IMG/VR virus record: IMGVR_UViG_2874956758_000002
Location: 1-30,855 of that record
Source of the DNA: a virus
Lineage: Duplodnaviria; Heunggongvirae; Uroviricota; Caudoviricetes
DNA length: 30,855 nucleotides
Strand: one strand, 5' to 3'
The translations under genes and the position numbers were made by a program. Each line of letters starts with the position of its first letter. The first letter of the stretch is position 1. The notes under the pieces were generated by a model. It was not told where the DNA came from, searched no databases, and saw nothing but the letters and a program-made list of their open reading frames with translations. Positions 1 through 9,923 of this stretch are shown here, piece after piece.

Positions 1-1152
1 TCATTCCAGCCCGCATTGTTGGCGGTACATTTCAGGGCTGACTGCACCCAGCGATAATTTTATACGCCGCTCGTTATACCATCTGATGTAAGCATCTACA
101 TGCTGCATGAACTTTTCTGGCGTGATGCCCGACCATTTACGCCCATAATACATTTCCGTTTTCAGTCTGCCGAAAAAGCCTTCGCATGCAGCATTATCAG
201 GTGAACATCCTTTACGGGACATTGAGCGAATAAGACCTGCTGCATTCACTCTTTCCAGCCAGCCTGGCCAGCGATAATGCCCACCTCTGTCACTGTGTAT
301 CACCGGTCGTTCGCCAGCATTTAACGTTTCGACAGCGCTATCCAGCATAGTGTTGACCAGTTCAGCATCGGGGCGTGTACTGAGAGACCAGCTCACAACT
401 TTTCCATCGAAGCAGTCCACCACCGGTGACAGCCAGACTTTACCTGCAGGGAGCTGGAACTCCGTGATATCTGTCAGCCATTTCTGATTAGGTTGCTCCG
501 CCTTAAAATCTCTGGCGATAAGGTTATCCGGAGCCGGTCCGATTTTTCCGCAATATGAGCTGTAGCGGCGACGACGGTTACGGCTGACGACAAGCTGTTC
601 CTCCACCATAAGTCTGCGTACAACCTTTTCTGATAGCCGAACCCCCTCATGCCTGAGCATCGCATGCAGGCGACGATAGCCATAACACTGGTAATTACTG
701 TTAAATATATCTGTCAGCATCGTACGTATCGTGGCGTATTTATCACCGGCTTTCAGGGCAGCCCGGTGATAAAAATAACTGCTACGGGCAAGGCCCAGAA
801 CATGCAGTAATTCTGTCAGGGGATATGTTTGTCTCAGGGCATCAGCGATCTTTGTTTTTTCTCTGTTGTTCAGGTGACTGATACTGATGCCCGGGTCTTT
901 TTTTATGATTTCCTCCGCCTTTTTCAGAATATCCAGCTCCATCTGCCGGCGGCGTATTTCCTGATTCAGTCGGGCGACTTCCTCCCGCAACGCATCGCGT
1001 TCTGCCTCCAGGGAAGGTTCGTTATGTTTACGCATAGTCTGGTAAGCACTGTTGCCGATAATTTCATCTTTCCATTTATACAATACCGCACGACTGACAC
1101 CAATACGCCTGGCGATTTCACTGGCTGATACTTGTCGTGTACAGAGTGCCAT
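1..1152 (-). CDS. IS3-family transposase, OrfA (HTH, leucine zipper) fused in-frame to OrfB (DDE domain); element truncated at its 5' end by IS66 copy 1
   Basis: 383-aa ORF with an HTH, a coiled-coil ending in ILKKA, then an OrfB-like region (motif PNQKWLTDITEF, catalytic DDE core). Stop codon at 1..3; ATG at 1150..1152 lies 7 bp from the IS66 end. No frameshift is needed between the OrfA and OrfB parts. Confidence 0.85.
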   Translation of the reverse strand: MALCTRQVSASEIARRIGVSRAVLYKWKDEIIGNSAYQTMRKHNEPSLEAERDALREEVARLNQEIRRRQMELDILKKAEEIIKKDPGISISHLNNREKTKIADALRQTYPLTELLHVLGLARSSYFYHRAALKAGDKYATIRTMLTDIFNSNYQCYGYRRLHAMLRHEGVRLSEKVVRRLMVEEQLVVSRNRRRRYSSYCGKIGPAPDNLIARDFKAEQPNQKWLTDITEFQLPAGKVWLSPVVDCFDGKVVSWSLSTRPDAELVNTMLDSAVETLNAGERPVIHSDRGGHYRWPGWLERVNAAGLIRSMSRKGCSPDNAACEGFFGRLKTEMYYGRKWSGITPEKFMQHVDAYIRWYNERRIKLSLGAVSPEMYRQQCGLE

Positions 1153-1196
1153 GACAGCCGTAAGCGTACAGCGAGGGCCGTATTGACGGGGATGTG

Positions 1197-2735
1197 TTAT
1201 TCAGCTGGCAGTGCTATGCGCCACGGAAGCAGTTCGCTGACCCGGTTGACCGGCCAGTCTGCTATGACGCCAAGCACATGGCGAAGGTAGCTTTCTGGAT
1301 CCACGTCATTCAGTTTGCACGTCCCGATCAGGCTGTACAGTAGCGCTCCCCGCTCACCACCATGGTCAGAGCCGAAGAACAGGAAGTTTTTACGACCCAG
1401 ACTGACCGCCCGCAGGGCATTTTCAGCGATGTTGTTGTCGATTTCCACCCAGCCATCGTTCGCATAGTACGTCAGTGCCGGCCACTGGTTAAGTGCGTAC
1501 GCGAACGCCTTCGCCAACTCTGAGTGTCGCGACAGGGTCTTCATCTTTTCACGCAACCAGCTTTCCAGGGATTTCAACAGCGGTTTCGTTTTTCGCTGAC
1601 GTTCAGCAAGCCGCTGCTCTGCCGGCATTCCCCTTATATCCGCCTCTATGGCGTACAACTGACCGAGCTGCTCCAGGGCTTCTTCCGTCAGTGCTGACGG
1701 GATGCGGACGTGCACATCGTGGATCTTTCGGCGGGCATGAGCCCAGCAGGCAGCTTCCGTTATCCCACCATTGCGGTACAGCTCGTTGAACCCGGCGTAC
1801 GCATCCGCTTGCAGCACACCGCTGAAGCAAGCAAGATGAGTCTGCGGATGGATGCCTTTTCTGTCCGGGCTGTAAGCGAACCACACTGCAGGTGCCAACG
1901 CTGACCCGGCATTGCGGTCATCACGAACATACGCCCACAACCGCCCGGTCTTCGTCTTCTTATTACCCGGCATCAGTACCTGGACCGGGGTATCATCAGC
2001 ATGGAGTTTGCCGTCAGTCATGACATAGCCATGAAGCGCCTCTTCCAGCGGAGACAGCAGCCGGCAGCATGCATCCACCCAGCCCGACAGCAGTGAACGG
2101 CTCAGCTCCACACCTTGCCGGCCGTATATTTCTGACTGGCGATACAGCGGGGTGTGCTCTGCATACTTCGAGGTCAGCACGCGGGCCAGCAGCCCCGGTC
2201 CGGCGATACCCCGCTCGATGGGCCGCGAAGGTGCAGGTGCCTGCACGATGGCATCGCACTGAGTACAGGCATGTTTTTCCCGTACCGTCCGGATAACCCG
2301 GAAGGCACTACGCATCAACTCCAGCTGTTCGGCGGTATCCTCGCCCAGATAGCTCAGTGAACCGCCGCAGTTCGGGCAGCACGGCGCCGCAGGCAACAGT
2401 CGCTTTTCGTCACGGGGTAGTGATTCAGGGAACGGCTTACGGGTGCGGGTCTGACGCAACGGACGCTGTACTGCCGGGTCATACACCCTACCAGTCAGCG
2501 TATCGCTCTCTTTCTGAAGCCGGTTCAGATCGGCTTCCATTTGTGCGATACGGCGGGAGACTTTTTCGGAACGACTGCCGAAGTTCATCCGGCGGAGTTT
2601 ATCCAGCTGCGCCTGCAGATGGTCTATTTCGCGCTCCCGGTTGCTCAGCTTTTCCTGCAGGGCATGGATCAGCGCTTCCTGTTCGGCCAGGCGCTGTTTC
2701 AGCAGGAAGATGTCGTCAGAAGAGATGTCGTTCAT
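1197..2735 (-). CDS. tnpC: IS66-family transposase TnpC
   Basis: 512-aa ORF with N-terminal coiled-coil, CxxC zinc-finger motifs (CCPNCGG, CTQCD) and the characteristic IS66 transposase core; near-identical to ORF 19558..21090. Confidence 0.9.
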   Translation of the reverse strand: MNDISSDDIFLLKQRLAEQEALIHALQEKLSNREREIDHLQAQLDKLRRMNFGSRSEKVSRRIAQMEADLNRLQKESDTLTGRVYDPAVQRPLRQTRTRKPFPESLPRDEKRLLPAAPCCPNCGGSLSYLGEDTAEQLELMRSAFRVIRTVREKHACTQCDAIVQAPAPSRPIERGIAGPGLLARVLTSKYAEHTPLYRQSEIYGRQGVELSRSLLSGWVDACCRLLSPLEEALHGYVMTDGKLHADDTPVQVLMPGNKKTKTGRLWAYVRDDRNAGSALAPAVWFAYSPDRKGIHPQTHLACFSGVLQADAYAGFNELYRNGGITEAACWAHARRKIHDVHVRIPSALTEEALEQLGQLYAIEADIRGMPAEQRLAERQRKTKPLLKSLESWLREKMKTLSRHSELAKAFAYALNQWPALTYYANDGWVEIDNNIAENALRAVSLGRKNFLFFGSDHGGERGALLYSLIGTCKLNDVDPESYLRHVLGVIADWPVNRVSELLPWRIALPAE

Positions 2736-2784
2736 AAGCCCGTATTTTACCGGGCTTATTCTGTGACAACCAGGATAAAGAGAT

Positions 2785-3132
2785 TTACAGCATGGTCAGG
2801 GAGGTCAGCAGCCGCTTAGGCTGTCGCCAGTCGATACCTTCCAGCAGCATCGCCAGCTGCGCCTGCGTAAGGAACACTTTGCCATCACGGGCTGACGGCC
2901 AGGCGAAGCGCCCACGCTCCAGCCGTTTGGTCAGGAGGCACAGTCCGTCACCGGTGGACCACAGCAGTTTAACCTGACTGCCGCTGCGGCCCCGGAAAAT
3001 GAAAACATGGCCGGACATGGGATCGTCTTTCAGCGCCGTCTGTACTTTCGCAGCCAGACCGTTGAAGCCATTTCTCATATCGGTGATACCGGCAACCAGC
3101 CAAATTTTGGTCCCGGAAGGTAACGGGATCAT
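2785..3132 (-). CDS. tnpB: IS66-family accessory protein TnpB (orf2)
   Basis: 115-aa ORF in the typical position, overlapping the upstream orfA stop (ATGA); identical to ORF 19161..19508. Confidence 0.9.
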   Translation of the reverse strand: MIPLPSGTKIWLVAGITDMRNGFNGLAAKVQTALKDDPMSGHVFIFRGRSGSQVKLLWSTGDGLCLLTKRLERGRFAWPSARDGKVFLTQAQLAMLLEGIDWRQPKRLLTSLTML

Positions 3133-3530
3133 CGCTTCAGTTCCTGTATCAGCAGAGTCAGGAGCTTTTCGCTGACATTGCCATTGAAGCGGAGCGTCCC
3201 GTGCCGGAACGTTACCTCACAGCTGATACTGAGGGTTTCCGGATCCTCTGCGAGCGATTCTGGCTGTTCGGCAGCTGCATCGAGAGTCACAGGAAGTAGC
3301 TGGGGGCTCTCTGAAGAAGGTAATAGCAGCTTTCCCTCGCGCCATTGTTGTCGCCATTTGAACAACAGATTGGCGTTAATGCCATTTTCAAGAGCAAGTT
3401 TTGAGATGGATATCCCGGGTTCACAGGAGGCAGCAACGAGCTGCTGTTTAAATTCGGGAGGATAATTAGGGCAGCCTTTTCGCCTGCCGGGAGTCACATT
3501 TTTCTGCATATCTGACACTTTGGTTCCCAC
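3129..3530 (-). CDS. tnpA: IS66-family accessory protein TnpA (orf1)
   Basis: 133-aa ORF, first gene of the IS66 operon; identical to ORF 18763..19164. Confidence 0.9.
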   Translation of the reverse strand: MGTKVSDMQKNVTPGRRKGCPNYPPEFKQQLVAASCEPGISISKLALENGINANLLFKWRQQWREGKLLLPSSESPQLLPVTLDAAAEQPESLAEDPETLSISCEVTFRHGTLRFNGNVSEKLLTLLIQELKR

Positions 3531-3600
3531 TACTTATTGGTGGACACCACTTTGTCTAATTCGTCAGATTCTGACCAGACGGTTCAGGCTGTACGCTTAC

Positions 3601-3704
3601 CGTTCTCCACCGACCTCTGTCAGATCGATTTCCCAGAGCACCACGCTGGCCGACTGCTCCGCACGGGTGCATTCATTCAGTGTTTCCTGCCGGATATCCT
3701 GCAT
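3601..3704 (-). pseudogene. L: 5' fragment (34 codons) of lambda-like minor tail protein L gene, interrupted by IS66 copy 1
   Basis: Minus-strand translation from ATG at 3702..3704 reads MQDIRQETLNECTRAEQSASVVLWEIDLTEVGGE, matching the lambda gpL N-terminus as recalled. Ends in GGAGAACG directly abutting the IS66 terminus. Confidence 0.85.
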
Positions 3705-4033
3705 CAGTTCACCACCTGTTCAAACTCTGCGCTGAACTCAACACGCAGCATACTGACCCGCGACGACCATTTTGCGCAGGTCACCTTTATCTGCCGCCAC
3801 TCATAAGGCGGCGTCCACAGAAAGGACTTCCAGCCCCCGTGCTCAGCCAGAAACGACTCAAGCGCCGTGGCCTCCCAACGGGGAACAGAAAGCGTCACGC
3901 TGTACGTTTTCAGGTCGGCATTCAGCCCGGCAGGCGCTCGCTGGGAATAGCCATCACCAAAGCGCACCTTTCTTACGGAAGGGGCCGAAGCCACATCCAT
4001 ACCGGGTTTCACTTTCCAGCGGAAGGTTTTCAT
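3704..4033 (-). CDS. M: lambda-like minor tail protein M
   Basis: 109-aa ORF (MKTFRWKVKPGMDV...FEQVVN) matching lambda gpM in sequence and length; stop overlaps the L start in ATGA. Confidence 0.9.
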   Translation of the reverse strand: MKTFRWKVKPGMDVASAPSVRKVRFGDGYSQRAPAGLNADLKTYSVTLSVPRWEATALESFLAEHGGWKSFLWTPPYEWRQIKVTCAKWSSRVSMLRVEFSAEFEQVVN

Positions 4034-6591
4034 CGTCCACCTCCGGAGAACAGACCACCATCGCGCATCTGCCCGGTCACAACATCCATTGCCGCCTTAC
4101 GGGCTACGTCATAAACCGCCTTCAGCGCCTGTGGCCCTATCTGACCGTTCGTGCCGTCGTTGTTAATCACCACATGGTTATTCTGCTCAAACGTCCCGGA
4201 CGCCTGCGAGCGGCTGTCCGCCATGCTGCCCGGTGTACCGACATAACCGCCGGTGGCATAGCCGCGCATCAGCCGGTAGAGATTTCCCACGCCAATCCGG
4301 CTGGTTGCCTCCTTCGTGAAGACAAATTCACCACGGTGAACAATCCCCGCTGGCTCATATTTGCCGCCGGTTCCCGTAAATCCTCCGGTTGCAAAATGGA
4401 ATTTCGCCGCAGCGGCCTGAATGGCTGTACCGCCTGACGCGGATGCGCCGCCACCAACAGCCCCGCCAATGGCGCTGCCGATACTCCCGACAATCCCCAC
4501 CATTGCCTGCTTAAGCAGAATTTCTGTCATCATGGACAGCACGGAACGGGTGAAGCTGCGCCAGTTCTGCTCACTGCCGGTCAGCATCGCCGCCATATTC
4601 TGTGCAATACCATCAAAGGTCTGCGTGGCTGCACTTTTTACCTGCGACATACTGTCCGTGGCGCTCTCTTCCCACTCACTCCAGCCGGACTTCAGACCTG
4701 CCATCCAGCTCCCGCGAAGCTGGTCTTCAGCCGCCCAGGTCTTTTTCTGCTCTGACATGACGTTATTCAGCGCCAGCGGATTATCGCCATACTGTTCCTT
4801 CAGGCGCTGTTCCGTGGCTTCCCGTTCTGCCTGCCGGTCAGTCAGCCCCCGGCTTTTCGCATCAATGGCGGCCCGTTTTGCCCGTTGCTGCTGTGCGAAT
4901 TTATCCGCCTGCTGCGCCAGCGCGTTCAGGCGCTCCTGATACGTAACCTTGTCGCCAAGTGCAGCCAGCTGGCGTTTGTACTCCAGCGTCTCATCTTTAT
5001 GCGCCAGCAGGGATTTCTCCTGTGCAGACAGCTGGCGACGTTGCGCCGCCTCCTCCAGTACCGCGAACTGACTCTCCGCCTTCCACAAATCCCGGCGCTG
5101 CTGGCTGATTTTCTCATTTGCTCCGGCATGCTTCTCCAGCGTCCGGAGTTCAGCCTGAAGCGTCAGCAGGGCAGCATGAGCACTGTCTTCCTGACGATCG
5201 CCCGCAGACACCTTCACGCCGGACTGTTTCGGCTTTTTCAGCGTCGCTTCATAGTCCTTTTTCGCCGCCGCCATCAGCGTGTTGTAATCTGCCTGCAGAA
5301 TTTTCCCGTCCTTCAGTGCCTTGTTCAGTTCTTCCTGACGGGCGGTATATTTCTCCAGCGGCGTCTGCAGCCGTTCGTAAGCTTTCTGCGCCTCTTCGGT
5401 ATATTTCAGCCGTGACGCTTCAGTATCGCTCTGCTGCTGCGCATTTTTGTCCTGTTGACTCTGCTGTTCAGCCTTCTTTCTCGCGGCTTCAAGCGCAAGA
5501 CGGGCCTTTTCACGATCATCCCAGTAACGCGCCCGCGCTTCATCGTTAACAAAATAATCATCCTTGCGCAGACTCCAGATGTCGTCCGCTTTCTTAAACG
5601 CAGCCTCTGCCTTAATCAGCATCTCCTGAGCGGTATCAGGACGACCAATATCCAGCACCGCATCCCACATGGATTTGAATGCCCGCGCTGTCCTGTCTGC
5701 CCAGGTCTCCAGCGTACCCATGTTCTCTTTCAGACGGCGGGTCTGGTCATCAAACCCTTTCGTCGCGGCCTCGTTCGCCGCCTGCAATGCCCCGGCTTCT
5801 TCGCCGGAACGCTGCAACTGAGCAACATACGCAATCTGCTCCGCCGTCACGTTATGGAACTGGCGCGCCATCGCTGTCAGCCCCGACGTCGGGTCAGTGG
5901 TCAGCTTCCCGAAGGCTTCAGCGACCTTGTCCACCTCCACGCCGGATGCAGAGGAGAAACGCGCCACACTCTGGCTGATGGACGCAATCTGAGCCTCACC
6001 GCTTACCCCCGCCTTAACCAGTGAGCTGAGTGACTCGCTGGTCTGGTTAAACGTCAGCCCTGCCGCCTGGCCAGCTCTGGACAGGACCAGCATACGATCT
6101 GCCGTCAGCCCCGACTGATTGCCGGAAAGGACCAGCGTTTTGTTGAAATCGGACAGGGTTGAGTTGCCCTGATACCAGGCATACGCCAGCGCACCGGTCG
6201 CCACCGCCAGCGAGGTGGCCCCGACCATCGGCAGGGTGATCGCACCGGCAAGCCCCCGGAACATGGGGATTATCCCGCCGAAGGAGTCCTTCACCTGCCC
6301 CCCCTGTTGCAGCAGGATCAGCCACGGACTTTGCCCGCCTGCAAGCTGCGTGGCCACGTCGGTGAACTGTGCAGGCAGCATACGCATGGCGGCTTTATAC
6401 TGCCCGACGGAAATCCCCGCTTTCTGTGCAGCCAGCGCCTGCCGGTTCATCGACTGTTCAACGACTGCCGCTGTTTTTTTCGCATCACTTTCCGTACCGG
6501 AAAAATGACGCCTGACTCTGGCCATCTGCTCGTCAAATCTGGCCGCATCCAGACTTAAATCAACGACCAGATCGCCTACCGGTTCAGCCAT
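4030..6591 (-). CDS. H: lambda-like tail tape measure protein H
   Basis: 853-aa ORF, same length as lambda gpH; long coiled-coil/Ala-Gln-rich centre and Gly-rich C-terminal region; positioned between G/T and M. Confidence 0.9.
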   Translation of the reverse strand: MAEPVGDLVVDLSLDAARFDEQMARVRRHFSGTESDAKKTAAVVEQSMNRQALAAQKAGISVGQYKAAMRMLPAQFTDVATQLAGGQSPWLILLQQGGQVKDSFGGIIPMFRGLAGAITLPMVGATSLAVATGALAYAWYQGNSTLSDFNKTLVLSGNQSGLTADRMLVLSRAGQAAGLTFNQTSESLSSLVKAGVSGEAQIASISQSVARFSSASGVEVDKVAEAFGKLTTDPTSGLTAMARQFHNVTAEQIAYVAQLQRSGEEAGALQAANEAATKGFDDQTRRLKENMGTLETWADRTARAFKSMWDAVLDIGRPDTAQEMLIKAEAAFKKADDIWSLRKDDYFVNDEARARYWDDREKARLALEAARKKAEQQSQQDKNAQQQSDTEASRLKYTEEAQKAYERLQTPLEKYTARQEELNKALKDGKILQADYNTLMAAAKKDYEATLKKPKQSGVKVSAGDRQEDSAHAALLTLQAELRTLEKHAGANEKISQQRRDLWKAESQFAVLEEAAQRRQLSAQEKSLLAHKDETLEYKRQLAALGDKVTYQERLNALAQQADKFAQQQRAKRAAIDAKSRGLTDRQAEREATEQRLKEQYGDNPLALNNVMSEQKKTWAAEDQLRGSWMAGLKSGWSEWEESATDSMSQVKSAATQTFDGIAQNMAAMLTGSEQNWRSFTRSVLSMMTEILLKQAMVGIVGSIGSAIGGAVGGGASASGGTAIQAAAAKFHFATGGFTGTGGKYEPAGIVHRGEFVFTKEATSRIGVGNLYRLMRGYATGGYVGTPGSMADSRSQASGTFEQNNHVVINNDGTNGQIGPQALKAVYDVARKAAMDVVTGQMRDGGLFSGGGR

Positions 6592-6973
6592 ACCGGACTC
6601 CTCCTGCGATCCCTTCTGATACTGTCATCAGCATTACGTCATCCTCCGTCATGTCCGCTACATCCGGGGAAGCGGGGATAACTTCTTTCCCGTCCGGGCC
6701 AAAACGAACGCCTCCGGCAAGCCCTACCGCTTTCTGCATCAGCACATCATCTTCAGGCTCTTCGTCAGCCTCACGCCGGTTAAGCAGACTGAAATCCAGC
6801 GGATGCATATCCGGATCGCTGAAAAACAGGCTGAGCACGGTATATGTCAGCCCGGAAAAGTGCATATCCAGCAGAACATCATGAAAATAATGGGTACTGT
6901 AAAAGCGGTGCCAGTCGGGTCGCCCCATCTCACGCGCCAGTTTCAGGGCAAAACTCAGCTCACCGTCGAACAC
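6584..6973 (-). CDS. T: T-frame portion of tail assembly chaperone GT (expressed by -1 frameshift from G)
   Basis: ORF in the -1 frame relative to G, overlapping the G 3' end and the H start; acidic residues typical of the gpT domain. Confidence 0.8.
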   Translation of the reverse strand: MFDGELSFALKLAREMGRPDWHRFYSTHYFHDVLLDMHFSGLTYTVLSLFFSDPDMHPLDFSLLNRREADEEPEDDVLMQKAVGLAGGVRFGPDGKEVIPASPDVADMTEDDVMLMTVSEGIAGGVRYG

Positions 6974-7377
6974 TTTCCCGCAGAAACAGGCTCTGCAGGC
7001 CCGGCGTCATCTGCCTGTTCAGGAGCATCATTCACCACAAACTCATACATACCGGACAGCCGGTACACCACGTTTTCAGCATGAGAAATTGCCTCCGTGG
7101 GCCAGGTGGTAAGCACTTCCTGCTCAATCTGTTTAACGGCTTCATTCATGGAAGGCAGCTTTGTCTTCTGCGGATGGTTATGCCACAGGGACATCGCCAC
7201 CACAAAAGCGCCGGTTCTGATGGCGTCTTCCACAGTAAACTTCCGGTTGCTGTCTGACTCCGCCTGTTCTGCCTGTCGTTTCATCAGGGCGAGATGCTCA
7301 ATACGCTGCAGGGCTGACAGTTCAGAAAGCGTGACGGTCACACCGTTATGTTCAAATGATTCGGTTTTCAGGAACAT
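6955..7377 (-). CDS. G: lambda-like tail assembly chaperone G
   Basis: 140-aa ORF (MFLKTESFEHNGVTVTLSELSALQRIEHL...) matching lambda gpG. Confidence 0.9.
   Translation of the reverse strand: MFLKTESFEHNGVTVTLSELSALQRIEHLALMKRQAEQAESDSNRKFTVEDAIRTGAFVVAMSLWHNHPQKTKLPSMNEAVKQIEQEVLTTWPTEAISHAENVVYRLSGMYEFVVNDAPEQADDAGPAEPVSAGKCSTVS
6973..6979 (-). promoter_or_regulatory. Programmed -1 ribosomal frameshift slippery heptamer GGGAAAG (G to GT)
   Basis: Plus strand reads CTTTCCC at 6973..6979, i.e. GGGAAAG on the coding strand at the G/T overlap, as in lambda. Confidence 0.8.
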
Positions 7378-7392
7378 CGCTGACTCTCCGGA

Positions 7393-8133
7393 TTAACTGG
7401 CGGTGACGTTGATTTCTGCAACCGCAGCAAGTTCACCATTACCGGATACGACAGGAATGTTGACCTTGCCTGCAGCAACACCTTTCACGGTGATGGTCAT
7501 ACCACTGACCGACACGGTGGCTTTTGTTTTATCCGCAGACACCGCACGGAGGCTCTTGTCGGTTGCGCCTTCCGGCTGGAATGCCACGGTCAGCGTGGTG
7601 CTCTGCCCTTTCACCACCGAGGTGCTGGCAGGCGTCACGGTCATGCCGGTTGCCGCTGTGACCGTGCTGCGATCTTCTGCCATCGACGGACGTCCCACGT
7701 TGGTGACTTTCACCGTGCGGGTGATCACTTCCTTCGCCGTCACCGCCTTACCGATACTGCTGACCCAGCCGCGGAACACATCGACCGTGCCGTTCGGGAA
7801 GCGGATTTTATAGGCACGGGTATCCCCTTCATTAAACCACGCCAGCAGCGCCTGCTGCCCCTGCTCTCCGGGCATCCACGCCAGCGTGAAGCTGGTATCT
7901 CCGGCAGATTTCTGCCCCTGCCCGGTCGCAGTCCAGTCCGCATCTTCATCATCGAGATAGCTGTCGTCATAGGACTCAGCGGTCAGTTCGCCGGGCGTCA
8001 GGTCTTTAACTTTAGCCAGACGCGACCAGTCAACGTCTGAAAGCGGGTTCGCATAAGGATCACCGTTCCCCTTATAAACCCACAGTGTGGTCCCGGCCCC
8101 TTTCACCGGCATTACTGGATTTGATACAGGCAT
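7393..8133 (-). CDS. V: lambda-like major tail protein V
   Basis: Matches lambda gpV from [22 protein letters not shown]; start chosen at the internal Met (8133) giving 246 aa as in lambda; the ORF track extends 10 codons further upstream. Confidence 0.85.
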   Translation of the reverse strand: MPVSNPVMPVKGAGTTLWVYKGNGDPYANPLSDVDWSRLAKVKDLTPGELTAESYDDSYLDDEDADWTATGQGQKSAGDTSFTLAWMPGEQGQQALLAWFNEGDTRAYKIRFPNGTVDVFRGWVSSIGKAVTAKEVITRTVKVTNVGRPSMAEDRSTVTAATGMTVTPASTSVVKGQSTTLTVAFQPEGATDKSLRAVSADKTKATVSVSGMTITVKGVAAGKVNIPVVSGNGELAAVAEINVTAS

Positions 8134-8140
8134 ATCGTCC

Positions 8141-8536
8141 TCACATTTCATAGGTAATGACATAAGTCAGATCGGCTGAACTCCACAGGCCCGCATCATC
8201 GTCGCGCCGGTAGTCATAGCCGCTGGCCACCATACTGGTGATCAAATCTGACAGTGCCGGGATATCGCTCATCACCGGATAAATCCGGGACTCCATCCAC
8301 GAATCCAGCTCTGAATCCGGCACCTGAGCAGGCAGGAAAACTTCAATATGCAGCTCCGCCTGCCAGGTATCGCTGTCCAGCTCTTCGCCCGTGTATTCAG
8401 CGCCGGTGAGATAAACGGCAATTGCCGGAAAATCCGCCTCATCAAAAACAGCGGGGCGACCATCAAAAAGCGTCGCCCCGGTGTCATGCTTTTCCAGTGC
8501 ATCCAGTACGGCTGCACGGAGTTCAGTATGTTTCAT
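8141..8536 (-). CDS. U: lambda-like tail terminator protein U
   Basis: 131-aa ORF ([33 protein letters not shown]...) matching lambda gpU. Confidence 0.9.
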   Translation of the reverse strand: MKHTELRAAVLDALEKHDTGATLFDGRPAVFDEADFPAIAVYLTGAEYTGEELDSDTWQAELHIEVFLPAQVPDSELDSWMESRIYPVMSDIPALSDLITSMVASGYDYRRDDDAGLWSSADLTYVITYEM

Positions 8537-9110
8537 CGCTTTATTACCATTCTCAGTTGATGCTGCAGCGCATAGCCCAGCTCTTTCGGAAGACGTTCAC
8601 GCCGTATCCGTTCAATATTCTGTTTAAATGCCGTGGTAAGCGGCACCGCCATCGGAATTTTCACCACATCAATGGGGTAACGATTTTTCCCGGCCACACG
8701 CTGCATGACATGCCACCGGCCATTTTTCAGTTGCTGAATAAACGCGCCGGGAATACGACGGTTACCCACCACAAGCACGCTGCCGCCACCTTTCAGGGAT
8801 GAACGCTGCCCCTTTTTACGACGCCTGCGGCGGGACAGGACAACCCGCGCATTACCCAGCTTGATTACGGGCAAATCCCCCGGTTAACTTTGATTCTGGC
8901 CTGCGGATTTTTGACCGTGGCCCTTTTCAGCCTGGCCCTTTCCTTTACCAGTTTCCGGCGTACCTTTGTCTCACGGGCAACCTGTGACGCCGACTGCGAT
9001 ATCGCGGATGAAGCAACGCGGTTAATGGCCATTGCGGCGGCACCAGGGACCGCCGTTTTGCTGATACGGCTGAGGTTTTCAACGGCCTGCTCAAGACCTT
9101 TTATGGCCAT
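8533..9110 (-). pseudogene. Z: lambda-like tail completion protein Z, disrupted by a 1-bp deletion in a G run (or sequencing error)
   Basis: N-terminal 78 aa (ORF 8865..9110) and C-terminal 113 aa (ORF 8533..8874) both match lambda gpZ but lie in different frames. The frame break is at the C5 run 8877..8881 (G5 on the coding strand), where lambda as recalled has G6. Confidence 0.8.
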
Positions 9111-9121
9111 ACATCCCCCTT

Positions 9122-9475
9122 TCAGCGGCGACGGTTAACGGCAGGCGGTACGCCCCGTCCAAGCCAGAGATGACAGCTTCCACCATCATCCGGCGAAACC
9201 CGATCTACCCAGAAGTTTTCCTCACCGATGGTCAGCGTGTCTCCACGCCGCAGCTGCAGCACCTCATCAGTCCGGACAAACAGGGGCGGGCTGGAGCCTT
9301 CAACGCGCACGCCCTGTCCGGCATAGCTGATATTTTCAGGGTCATCAAAAACACCACGTATCACAGCACCGGACTGCTCACCGGATGTCATGGTGGCTGA
9401 CGTTCCCATGTACCCGCGTATCGTTTCATCGGCTCGGGCAATGGCAGCATCGAACAGATTATCGAAATCAGCCAC
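9122..9475 (-). CDS. FII: lambda-like head-tail joining protein FII
   Basis: 117-aa ORF (MADFDNLFDAAIARADETIRGYMG...) matching lambda gpFII in sequence and length. Confidence 0.9.
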   Translation of the reverse strand: MADFDNLFDAAIARADETIRGYMGTSATMTSGEQSGAVIRGVFDDPENISYAGQGVRVEGSSPPLFVRTDEVLQLRRGDTLTIGEENFWVDRVSPDDGGSCHLWLGRGVPPAVNRRR

Positions 9476-9486
9476 AGCGCCTCCCG

Positions 9487-9882
9487 TTATTGCATTCTGG
9501 CCAGGCCGCGCTCTGTCATTTCAACTGCCACACCGGCAGAGACACGGAACGCCGTTCCCGGCAGCACAAATGCCACAGGTTCATCCCGCGTGGCGTGAAG
9601 TGCATCGGTATGCAGCGTCACCAGTGCCACAACCGTGACCAGAGCAGCCGTATCAGTCACGGTATCCGTCTGTGCTGATACCACCTCATTTTTATGTCCG
9701 GTCAGCGCATTTTCCGGGCTGACAGACGTGTCCTGACCGGCTGCGTCATCCGTGTCATCAAGCTCCTCTTCCAGCTCTGCCACACGGAGCGCCAGTTCTT
9801 CTTTCGTCCCCGTCAGGCTGACATCACGGTTCAGTTGCTCACCCAGCGACCGGAGACGGGCAATCAGTTCATCTTTCGTCAT
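9487..9882 (-). CDS. FI: lambda-like DNA packaging protein FI
   Basis: Matches lambda gpFI from MTKDELIARLRSLGEQLNRDVSL; start at the internal Met preceded by GGAGGA. Confidence 0.85.
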   Translation of the reverse strand: MTKDELIARLRSLGEQLNRDVSLTGTKEELALRVAELEEELDDTDDAAGQDTSVSPENALTGHKNEVVSAQTDTVTDTAALVTVVALVTLHTDALHATRDEPVAFVLPGTAFRVSAGVAVEMTERGLARMQ

Positions 9883-9923
9883 GGACTCCTCCACAGAGAG
9901 AAAATGGCCCCGAAGGGCCATGA

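Larger units (their letters stand above)
1160..3600 (-). mobile_element. IS66-family insertion sequence, copy 1 (ISEc8/ISSfl3-like), 2441 bp
   Basis: Three-gene tnpA-tnpB-tnpC organisation. Terminal inverted repeats begin GTAAGCGTACAG at both ends. Boundaries defined by comparing flanks with copy 2. Confidence 0.9.

Noticed and set aside
4421-6558. Several 60..190-aa ORFs on the plus strand within the tape measure gene H
   Set aside because: All are antisense to the 853-aa H ORF, whose length and position match lambda gpH exactly.
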